Origin: Amoebophrya sp. A120
Taxonomy: Eukaryota; Protista; Dinoflagellata
Length of the DNA stretch: 64,000 nucleotides
Direction of reading: 5' to 3'
Assembly (NCBI GenBank): GCA_905178155.1
Contig: CAJINV010000023.1
Coordinates: forward strand, 393,610 to 457,609
The notes below the pieces were generated by a model. That model searched no databases and was not told the DNA's origin. It saw nothing but the letters and a program-made list of their open reading frames with translations. Shown here in pieces: positions 12,501-22,054 of the stretch (positions are counted from its first letter, which is position 1; every line of letters starts with the position of its first letter). The position numbers were made by a program, and so were the translations under genes.

Positions 12501-15500
12501 TCTGTTGTCGCTTTCGGGGCCCGCCCGCTTTTCGGGCTCGCGCCTTTAGAAAGACAAAAAAAAACGCACAGAACACGACCCAGGGGCGCCACAAGCTCTC
12601 GGGTAGGGTCTTCTGTCGCTTTCGGGGTCCGCCCGCTTTTCGGGCTCGCGCCCTTTGAGAAAGACCAAAAAAAAATCCCGAGACGAATGCATGTCCGCGG
12701 CTTTGGGTTTTCTTTGTTTCTGGGCGCCGGAAAACCCCCCAGAGGCGAAGTTGCTCGCAGTTTTCCGGACCTCGGAAAATCCCGGAAAACAAACCCCCCA
12801 GACAAATCGCGCTGGCGGGTTTTCCGGGTTGCGAAAAATTGCCCCGGCGGGCGGTATGACTTCAATTTTCCCCGAGCGCAAATTCCCCCAGCGACTCGCT
12901 GGGCTTTGAGTTTTTTGGTTTTAATTTCTCCCGCAATTCCTTACATGCGTGCCGTACTAGTAGCAAACCACTTAGAAACCTATCATGCTCAGCCGTATTA
13001 TGCAGTCTGTGTGTCGTGCGGCTGCGTCACCGCTAATGCAGCAATGCAATTTTCCTCCAGGGGCCAGAACATATTCCAATGCATACGACCGAGGGGGCTA
13101 CAACGGGTTCCACCATGCGGCGCGGAAGGGTTGCTTTGGTGTGTGGAAAATCCTGGTCGCGAACTACTCCTTTCTAGCGCGCTACCCCTCGAAACAGAAC
13201 AAGCTGCCCTACTTCTACGCCAAGGAGCGGGGGTTCGACAACCTGTGTCAGTGGCTGGATATCAAATGTAAAAATGTCTGGGTCTGGAAGGGTTGGAACT
13301 TGTGATGCAAACTCTGGAACACACAAAAACTTGTGTTGCATGAGCGCCGAAAGCTGTCCACTTCTTGGCACGCAAGTAGGAAGTTTCTCATGCGGGACAG
13401 GCATCATGAGGCGTGCTCAAAACCTGTGATGCTTTCGCCTGCATCAGACGCCATTTGCGTGATCCGAAATATGCATGACAAATCTCGCAATCTTCCAGAC
13501 CCAGACACTTTTGCACTTGATACTGGAGCAGGCCGTGCAAAAATTCGGGGCGACCCACGAGCATATCAACTGTAAAAGTGTCTGGGTCTGGAAGAATTCA
13601 TGTTTGTCATGCTTGTCTGGCATGACTCTTAAATCTGTCATGCACGTTACCCAAGATCTCCGTTTTTCTGTGATGCAGAAGCGCAGTTTGTCATGCAGAA
13701 TAGGCAACACCTAGGAGCTCAGAAACTTGTCATGCTGAGCCAGCATCTGTAGCCTCATCATGAGACGCCACCCAGCATCACAAGTTTGCAGACCCAGACA
13801 CTTTTACTTTTGATAGAGCAATTGCTCGCGCAATTTGAGCACAACGAGTTTCAGTATCGGAAGAAAAAGCTACTCGCAGAGAACAAGGCTTTTCACGGCA
13901 AGTATTGCGTCCCAGCGCATAATAGACCGGGCGCTCTTCACATTTCGGGCAGCGGCAGCAGCAGCAGCGGTGGCGGGATGAAAGACGTCGAGAAAAATGC
14001 ACTTAAAGCCACCGCGCCAGTGTCTTCCTCCGGAGGTGGTGGGGACCCCGTGGTTCCCGCCGCGACCTCGGGGGTGAGCTTTTTCGTGGCAGAAACATCC
14101 ACGTCCCCGGCAATCGATCAGGATCAGTTCATGCAGGAATTCGCGGAGTTGGATTTCGTTCGCCCGCAAAGCCCCGGGCGTGTGGTGGTCCCCCCAGGAG
14201 GTGCGGGTGCGCCGCAGCAGGAAGGGATGCAGCAAAGGCAGCAGAAAGGAACGAAAATTGTTCCTGAATCGACCGAAAATAATCATAACCGGCAGCAGCA
14301 ACTCGGGGCGGTTGCAAGTAGAATTACGACACGCGGGGGTCGTGGACCACCACCGGGGCAGCAGCAGCAGCCTGTAGCTGCGGTGGCACCGCCAGTGAGC
14401 AGTAGTTCCGGTGGGTTGCAGCAGAAAAAACCGCGGGGACGTGGGCGTCCTGTTGGATCTGGTGCACGTCAAAAGCAGGCCAATAATATGAACCAAGGCA
14501 TAGAACAAGCAGGCACGATGCCGATCATGAACAACCCGCCGAATGCTCTTGTGCCTATCAATTACATGGGGCCGAATGCTGGTGTGCCTATCCATTACAT
14601 GGGGCCGATCCAGATGCCGCAGCATATCAAATGTAAAAATGTCTGGGTCTGGAAACTTGTGATGCAAAAAGTGGATGATAGCCGGACTGCAATACGCAGC
14701 TATGCATCACAAATCTTTTATTGGCTGCCATGTCTTAATACGTATTCCGCATGGCAAACTGCGTTTTTGCATGACAGGTAAGAGGGTCTTTTCGTGCCTA
14801 TGCAACACAGATTCTCGAATCATGCCAGACAAGCATGACAAACTTGCACTCTTCCAGACCCAGACATTTTTACATTTGATACAGCAAGTGCGCCAGCAAT
14901 TCCTACCGGCTCAGATTGTCGCCCCGACGACCGGCGGGCATACGCCGGCGCAGCAGCTGTATAATGTCCAAGCACAAATACTTATGCAGCAGCAGCAACA
15001 AGTTGCACAAGCAGGGCAGCATATGACAAATAAGTTCCACAGAAACCAACACAGAAAAGGATCCACTCCAATCCAGATCCTAGGTCATTAAATCTTGAAT
15101 CACACCTAAACGGGCACAAACGTCAAAGACCAAACAAGAAGAATGAAGAACCATGATGAATGTTTTTACTCATGTCAGGCCTTGAGTTTCCTCTTTAGAA
15201 TTACTACTCCGTATACCAAAGCTGGTATTTTGCATCTCTTGTTGGATTGTTCTCTGTTGGTTATTTTCGTTACTTTCATACAGCAAATGCTTGTCCCGCC
15301 GAACGTGTATACAACTTGGGCAGGAACGCAGGCGGGGGGTACTACCTTGAATGCATCGGGGCCGGGAGCTATGACAGTGCACAACTTCCCCTCCCCCTCA
15401 TTTGTATTGCATGAAAAGCAATACAGACACCCCCACCTGTGGAGCCTGTGCATGACAAGTTTATGCGCCTAGTGTAGTACTGTTTATTTGGCTTCCGGAA

Positions 15501-15919
15501 TCTGTCATGCAAACAGTACCACGCAGCAGCGATTCGATTTGGTATTTTCCATGACAAATGAGGGGGAGGGGGAGTTGTGCAATCTCATAGGACCGGGAGC
15601 TCAGCAGCTGCATGAGCAATACATGCGCGCGGTGCAGGAACAGTATCAGTTGGGCCCAACCCGCCAGGGCCAGCCGCAGCGGCAGCCCCAGCCGCCCCAT
15701 AATGTATTTCAACCGCAGCCCGAACCTCCGCAACAGCAAGCTCTGGGAAGAACCGCTGCCGGTACGGCTGCGCCCTCACGTGGTGGAGGTCCTTCTCGTG
15801 GCGGGGGTCAAGCAGCCGCAGGAACAGGGATGACCGCGGAAAATCTGGCGAAGTTGCCGCTTGTTAAAAGTTTACCGAGCGGGCACGTCTCCGATAAGAA
15901 TTTGTACGCGGGATCCTGA
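531..15919 (+). CDS. Large ankyrin-repeat protein with Q/P-rich C-terminus and AT-hook-like motif; 16 introner-type introns; probably 5'-truncated by the window
   Basis: Excising each element plus one 5-bp repeat chains ORFs 474, 1117, 2129, 2648, 5371, 5983, 6402, 7648, 8374, 12985, 13786, 14675, 15143 and 15488 in frame. Junctions rebuild ankyrin motifs: DGRVPLQ|LAAANG, LLSHGAN|VNAQDAKGLTPLMIAV, VKQLD|RGGYNGFHHAARKG. Stop at 15919. Confidence 0.85.
1052..1260. mobile_element. Introner family C (TIR core AAAAAGTGCTTCACTGT)
   Basis: TIR; direct repeat cagga; frame restored (LEQ|EVAQ). Confidence 0.85.
1742..1949. mobile_element. Introner family C
   Basis: TAT..ATA; repeat gagtc. Confidence 0.85.
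2014..2276. mobile_element. Introner family A (TIR core AAAATGTCTGGGTCTGGAA)
   Basis: About 30-bp TIR; repeat ggaaa. Confidence 0.9.
2384..2642. mobile_element. Introner family A
   Basis: Repeat tgcct/tacct. Confidence 0.85.
4047..5345. mobile_element. Introner family B (TIR core GCAAAAGTATCGTACTCGTA) enlarged by a nested insertion
   Basis: Repeat gtata; frame restored (ERY|IHFADL). Confidence 0.85.
4089..5233. mobile_element. MITE-like non-autonomous element nested in an introner
   Basis: Imperfect about 32-bp TIRs (gcag..gttgtc.tat..tga.ttgc); duplicated palindromic target atgcat. Confidence 0.7.
5808..6069. mobile_element. Introner family A
   Basis: Repeat gaaaa. Confidence 0.9.
6190..6342. 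mobile_element. Introner family B
   Basis: Repeat gccct/accct. Confidence 0.85.
7023..7235. mobile_element. Introner family D (TIR core AAAAAACTGTGTAAGTG)
   Basis: Repeat tgcag. Confidence 0.85.
7298..7585. mobile_element. Introner family K (TIR core AAAACGTCCCCACC)
   Basis: Repeat acggg. Confidence 0.85.
8302..8446. mobile_element. Introner family B
   Basis: Repeat ccaac. Confidence 0.9.
8955..9540. repeat. Degenerate tandem array of about 115-120-bp units
   Basis: Recurrent gagctttcgggccggg..cgcccgcttttcgggctcgcgcc..ctgagaaaga. Confidence 0.8.
9775..11068. repeat. 42-bp minisatellite (two related 21-bp halves), about 30 copies
   Basis: (ttttcagcgagctctgtcact ttttccgtaggctctccgact)n. 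Confidence 0.95.
11075..12670. repeat. Tandem array of about 108-120-bp units, near-identical 108-bp copies in 11650-12540
   Basis: gaaagaacagaaaaagcacgcagagcacgagctgagggcgtcgagagctttcgggccgggtc.. repeated. Confidence 0.9.
13260..13522. mobile_element. Introner family A (internal sequence is the reverse complement of 2014-2276)
   Basis: Repeat ctgga. Confidence 0.9.
13564..13815. mobile_element. Introner family A
   Basis: Repeat gagca. Confidence 0.9.
14625..14881. mobile_element. Introner family A
   Basis: Repeat cagca. Confidence 0.9.
15022..15280. mobile_element. Degenerate introner
   Basis: tatga..tcata ends, weak TIR; repeat cagca; frame restored. Confidence 0.7.
15370..15589. mobile_element. 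Introner family I (TIR core CACAACTTCCCCCTCCCCCTCATTTGT)
   Basis: Long TIR; repeat ggagc/ggacc. Confidence 0.85.
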
Positions 15920-16565
15920 ATCTTGGACATGTATGCGGGAACATGAACAAAGATAAGCCCATTATCCGTTTTATCAATCTATCAAGTACAAAAGTATCAA
16001 GCTGTCCTCGTAGCGTACAAATGTATCAAGCCTTTCCTTCATCTCTGGCACTTACAGATTTCTACAACTATATGATCGACCAAAAAACATTACAAAGAAG
16101 AAAAACACTCCGAAATTTGTATGAAAGCATAAAACTCGAAAGCAAATAGAACGAGCACAAAATGAAATCAGAGAAAAACAGCATGACCTGTGGACGAGGA
16201 GAGGTGGAGGTGCAGCTACCACGCCAAAGATGAAGTCCGTTGTTGTTCATTTTTGTGGCATAATCACGTTCACAAATGATGCGGCGGGTCGTCCTCGGTC
16301 GTTTTTTCTTGAACGTGAATAGAATAGCAAGCATGGCATGGCGACCCTGCCTCGAAGGAGTAGATCATCTCGGGCAAATGAATTACCCGATGACTTCGTT
16401 GCAGCTGCGTTCTAGATTTCTTCGTGTCCAACAATAACAGATAACGTTTCCCACCGCCTGCCCTGACTGGCGGACGGCCGAAGCAACTCTTTCCGTCCGC
16501 CAGTCAGGGCTAGGTACGGCTGCTTCGAGAAGCTCAAAAACACAGCCGTCGTTAAGATACCATTG

Positions 16566-19500
16566 ATGATCAAAGGGAACATGATGCGGGTGACTTCGTA
16601 CCTCGGCGTGTATTCTGTCTCGCGACGAGCAGGGTTTATTCTCCTCTGTTACTGCTTTGTTGCTCAGTACAACTTCATCTTCCATAACTACCTTCATGCG
16701 CCGTTCAATATTCTCCGCGCGGATGCGCGCATGCCGAAGTCCTGGCAGAATGCCGTTTACAAGCCGATTATGCATTGCAAAAAAGGTATGATCGTACTAG
16801 TATGAATTGCATCAGAAACTGACTTAGCATTTTTTACAAATTCAATTTGTAATGCAGATTTGCCTGAAGAAAAAAATTTGTAATGCATGAATGCAATTAG
16901 TACGAGCACGTTGCTTTTGCACTGCATACCGATCAGGGACGCAGCTGACGACCACGGGTTCAGTCGGTGGCCCTCACTTTTCCGAGACGCGTGGGATTTC
17001 TCCCCTTACAAAATAGCACCGCAGCTTCGGAATTTGACGGTGGAGGTTGTGGATTTGCTAACCGTCGTGACAGAACCGACGTCAGGTCTCCGGGAACGAG
17101 ATGAAATAGATTACGCCACATTAGCGGCACAGGCCGGAAAAACCGCAGCTCACTGGCAGCACTTGTTGCCAGCGAAGAATGAACTAAGGGAACTTGTCGG
17201 GACAAGGACTTCCGGCGACGACGACCGGGATATTCGCGTAGCAGAGCAAAAACGAAACATGCAGCGAGCACCTCTGGAGCAAGCACCAGATACAAGCCAT
17301 CCAGGTCGTTTGCGGATGAAAACCCTCACCAGTTTCGCCACCTCGCTCTGGAAGTTTGTCAAGGGTCTGGTCTTGTTTTGGCACCGGAGGTGCAAGCAGC
17401 ACATTGGGCGAACAAGTGATAGCGAAAGCACCACCTCTAACGGAGAAGAACTACATGGACAACAGCTACAGCATTCTGCATCTGATGAAAATCTGTTGCA
17501 CCACGAATCCTTCCGTACGCAAGCCGTGCCACAGCTTGAGCGCCATCTTGAGGATTTCGTAGCACAGGCAGACGCAGCGACATCAGGAAGTCGAGTTCTT
17601 GGGAAAGAAGAACACGGCGGGGACTACCATCCGCGCTGGACTTTACTTCCCGCATTTGCCCGGAGCTATTTTCGGCTGTTTCGCCATGGATGCGTACGAT
17701 TGGAACACGGTCAAGATGGAAATGGCGTTGGTGGTCGAGACCGTGCAACTACTTCTATCGGAGGAGCCGATAATATCGCCGGCAGTACAACATCCTCTTT
17801 TTGTGAAGTCCACTCTCCTGCCGTTTTGGCAAAAAACCTGTTTTTCCAAAGCTGCGTCTATCCGCTAGTGTTGGCCCTTCACATGACGAAAGAAGCTCTA
17901 ACCGGCTGGGTGGACCTCAGCAAGTTTCTTTTCTACGCGTCGGAGTTAAAGATGAGTCGTGGGCTGCATAAAGCGGGAATGAAAGGGGAATTATTGCCCA
18001 CGCAAAGTAGTTCAAAAATAACGCACTCACATGACAAAAGTCGCAAGAGAAAGAAGAACTACGAATACGATGAAGAGGTAGGCCTGATCCCCGGTGCGCA
18101 GTTGATCGTTCCGTGGAAGGGCCACCACCAACTGGGCGCCAGAGGATTGGCATCCGCTGCGCGGTTATCCTGTGCAAAAGTATCGCACTTGTACTGAACA
18201 TGCCAATTATGCATGGCAAATCTGCTTCTCGAGAGAAATCAGCATGACAAATTTCATTCGTCACAAAGAGCAAGTTTGTATATGCAATTTCTACTGCGTA
18301 CGATTACGATACAGATACTCTTGCAATTCATAGCGGTGGTCGCAGCTGCTCCGCGTCGCCCAAGAAAAACTGCAGGTGGCGGAAAATAAACTCACAGACT
18401 TCCAGGCGGAGAGTCCTCGCCCTACCGACGCGTTTAACCTCGCACGCAGCATCAGTGTGGAGCCAGCTGCGCGACAGGAGTAGAACAAGGACAACAACGG
18501 TGGACAATCTGATCAGGTTCTTATGGATTGTAAAAGTGTCTGGGTCTGGAAGATTCTGACACTTGTCATGCACGTTTTGCATGAGCCCTGATGTCTGTGA
18601 TGCATGCCCTAGCGTCACAGATTTTTTGAGGGCTTCTTGATGCCTATTCCGCATGACAAATGCCCTCTCCACGTAGCAAAAATTACATTCCTTTTGGTAC
18701 TCATGCAATACAGATTTTCCTGGAATCCAAATGCAGCATCACAAGTTGCGTTCTTCCAGACCCAGACATTTTTACCTTTGATAGTTCTTTGGGAAGTGCG
18801 ATTTTTCCACAATCCCGCGGATGTGCCTCCAAGTAGGAGACCGAGCATAGAGCAGCAGGCTAGTTTATTGCCACTATCGTATCCTGGAGGCAGTGTGGTG
18901 CCGCTCGTCGTGGTGCCGAGTCTACTGACCGCATCGCCCTCCTCAGGAGCAACCACGGCCGTGGGCGGAAGTACTAGAAACGCTGCTACATCGTTTCGTG
19001 TGATGGAAGTCGGGGTCTTCTATGAAATGCAAAAGCATCGTACTACTGCTAGGATAAATCGCAAGACAAAGTTCCGTAGCATGAGAAAGAAAATTTGTAA
19101 TGCGGATTTAACCTGAGAAAGAAACTTGTAATGCGTGAATGCGATTGATAGGACGAGTGCGATACTTTTGTACTGGTTATCTTCACAGGCAACACGATGT
19201 TCCACATGCTACACCATCTCCGCCACGAGGACCGGCTGCGCTACTACGCGGTTGACCCCTACGAGAAATTCAACCCAAAGTATGAACCAGGCGGCCGGTT
19301 TGTGCAGCAGCGAGGGGAGGAAATCGAGGCTGCAAGGCACGGTGCTGCTGGTCGTGGTGCCGGCGACCCCGTCGGCCCGAGGTTCGTGCTAATCAAAGAC
19401 GGCATTTCTTCCGAGGACCAAGAATCCTGTCAGCGGGTCAGAGACCGAGTGCTGGCTGATGTAGCTGCAGGAGGAACTTCGACGGATGATGGGTTGGCGA

Positions 19501-21507
19501 AGTCGCAAATATGAATTCTCACAAAAGTCTCGTAGCCGCAGTTACTTACCACAAAATTTTGCATCTGCAACCTTGGTGACATTTTGAAAAAAGTGGACGT
19601 AGCGCGAATTTTTCTGCTCGACCGCGCAGCGGTCGCGGCCTTTGGTCGCGAGGTTCGTCGGGCCCCCGGCGGCCTTCCTATTCCGCCCGTGGTTCGTGCG
19701 ATTTCGCCTTTTGAAAGTGCTGCACGGGTTGAAGCGTTTGGGAAATTTTCCAGGGTTTCCGCCGCAAGATGTTTTTTGGCGATAGCTCGGGGGACGCGCA
19801 AAATTCTGGGCCCTTTTGTGGCCGCCGGCCTTTGGTCGCGAGGTTCGTCGGACCTCCGGTGGCCTTCCTATTCCGCCCGTGGTTCGTGCGATTTCGCCTT
19901 TTGAAAGTGCTGCACGGGTTGAAGCGTTTGGGAAATTTACCAGGATTTCCGCCACAAGATGTTTTTTGGCGATAGCTCGGGGGACACGCAAAAATCTGGG
20001 CCCTTTTGTGGCCGCCGGCCTTTGGTCGCGAGGTTCGTCGGGCCCACGGCGGCCTTCCTATTCCGCCCGTGGTTCGTGCGATTTCGCCTTTTGAAAGTGC
20101 TGCACGGGTTGAAGCGTTTGGGAAATTTACCAGGATTTCCGCCACAAGATGTTTTTTGGCGATAGCTCGGGGGACACGCAAAAATCTGGGCCCTTTTGTG
20201 GCCGCCGGCCTTTGGTCGCGAGGTTCGTCGGGCCCCCGGCGGCCTTCCTATTCCGCCCGTGGTTCTTGCGATTTCGCCTTTTGAAAGTGCTGCACGGGTT
20301 GAAGCGTTTGGGAAATTTTTTGGGTTTTCCACACGAGGCAGCCATTTGGACATAGGCTGGGGAAAAGCGAAAACCCGGCAGCTTTTGTGCTCTCGAGGCG
20401 TAAGTGTGGGGGCAGTGCTTTTGTAGAGGATGCCGAGGAGCAGGGGATCAAACTTCTCAGCCGAGGCAATCCCACCAGGTCCTCGATCTTGCGTTCATCG
20501 ACGCCGTATCAAATGCAAATATGTCTGGGTCTGGAAAGTTGTGATGCATGTCAGTGAATAGAAGTCGCACTGTACTGCAATACCAAGCATGCCAATAGAC
20601 TTTTCCGTGGCTCCGTGTTGCGTATTCCGCATGACAGACATCGTTTTTGCATGACAGACAAGAGGGCCTCTTGCTGGCCACGCAATACAGAGCTCAGTGT
20701 CATGCTAGACCGGCATGACAGATCTCGCATTCTTCCAAACCCAGACATATTTGCATTTGATACGCCAACGGGCCGAGCGGGCTGTTGCTTGCGCAAATCC
20801 GCTATCCTGTGCAAAAGTATCGTACTCGTATTGCAGTCATGCATTACAAATTTTTTTCTTAAGGGAAATCCGAATTACAAATGTCATTTCTCATGCTGAG
20901 GAAATTTGTAATGCATTCATACGAGCACGAGCCGACACTTTTGCAGTTCATATCCGCTGCTTGTTACCCATGATGAAGCAGCCAGATGGCGTGATTGCGG
21001 GCCACGACTTTGCGACAGGCGGCGTCTCATGGTCCAAGGAAGAATATTCTGCCGCTGTGGACATGGCCGTATGCATTGCAAATGTGTCTGGGTCTGGAAG
21101 GCTGCGGACTTGTTTTGTTGCCTTCAGATGCTAAAAAAACCTGTAAAATTGCATGTGCAGAAACAGCAACAGCAATCCAGTTGTTGCTGCGCGGCGAGGG
21201 CATTTGGATTTCAATTTCTCATGCAGCACGACAAACATAATTAAGAAGTTCTCGCGAAACCTGTGATGCTGGGGTAGACATCACGATCACAGACACCGTG
21301 CGCTAGTGCTATTTCGAAATGTGCACGACAAGCCTTCAACTCATTTCCAGACGCAGAGCTATTTCCAATGCATCGGCCAAGGCGCTTGACGAGTGGCATG
21401 CAGACGAGACAAACCCAAGAATAGCCCTCCGGACAAGGCCAGATTCGGTCTGGTGGCTCACGTTTGACCAGACAAATGAAGTTCTTGGCACGCCTATGCA
21501 AAAATGA
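16566..21507 (+). CDS. Class I SAM-dependent methyltransferase (Methyltransf_24-like) with N-terminal hydrophobic anchor; 8 introners; in-frame TAG at 18481
   Basis: Spliced motifs VMEVGVF|TGNT, YYAVDPY, LDLAFIDA, KQPDGVIAGHDF, DSVWW. Start codon uncertain. Confidence 0.75.
16769..16928. mobile_element. Introner family B
   Basis: Repeat ccgat. Confidence 0.85.
18166..18332. mobile_element. Introner family B
   Basis: Repeat gcggt. Confidence 0.85.
18522..18783. mobile_element. Introner family A
   Basis: Repeat gttct. Confidence 0.9.
19021..19179. mobile_element. Introner family B
   Basis: Repeat tcttc; splits methyltransferase motif I. Confidence 0.85.
19510..20447. mobile_element. Large intron/introner containing a 190-bp tandem array; right end degenerate
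   Basis: Starts tatgaatt; repeat gcaaa/tcaaa gives an in-frame join; no ATA end. Confidence 0.5.
19637..20318. repeat. 190-bp tandem repeat, about 3.6 copies
   Basis: ggcctttggtcgcgaggttcgtcg.. at 19637, 19827, 20017, 20207. Confidence 0.95.
20507..20762. mobile_element. Introner family A
   Basis: Repeat cgccg/cgcca. Confidence 0.85.
20803..20952. mobile_element. Introner family B
   Basis: Repeat tccgc. Confidence 0.85.
21070..21374. mobile_element. Introner family A, degenerate
   Basis: Repeat ggccg/ggcca. Confidence 0.75.
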
Positions 21508-22054
21508 ACGTCGACAGCAAATGATTATGTCGAGTGGCTTTCTTCGCGTCATGGTCATTTTCATTTACATTTGTCTTCGGACATGCGTAGAGAAGAATCT
21601 CAAACACCTACAAGTAGACACTAACTAGGTGGCCTGTTCCTGGTTCGATCTTCAATTTCTGCATTTAGTGTCGCATTTTACCAGAGCGAAGAGTTGTGCC
21701 GTCGTGGTCCTTCATTGGTTCGAAATTTGACGAAGTCGGTCCTTGGTCGACTTGTGTTTCAACAAGCACTCTGCTTGCCGTGTCTCTTTTTAAAGCTGGT
21801 CTGAGAAGTCATCAGAGACGAAGCTTTTTTTGTCTAGTGGAGCATCAAAGTAGACTACTCGTCTTCGGCATCAAAACTTGGTTTAAAGCTGAAGGTCTGG
21901 ACCTGCTTGCCATGACGCTTCGAACAATGATTAGGAGGCGTAGGCCCAGAGCCTCAGAAGTTGTGTGGCGGGATTTATTTTCGGAGGCCGCAAGCTGAAG
22001 TCGGGGAGAAGCAATCGGGTGACGCAAACCCTACAGAGCCGCCGAGCAACAGGG

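Larger units (their letters stand above)
8834..13085. mobile_element. Giant (4.25 kb) introner filled with tandem arrays
   Basis: Ends tatccattgcaaatatgt../..acatattccaatgcata; repeat cgact/cgacc; removal rebuilds an ankyrin repeat. Confidence 0.8.

Noticed and set aside
11072-12865. Long minus-strand ORFs of 349-597 aa
   Set aside because: All three frames are open only because of a stop-poor tandem unit inside an intron.
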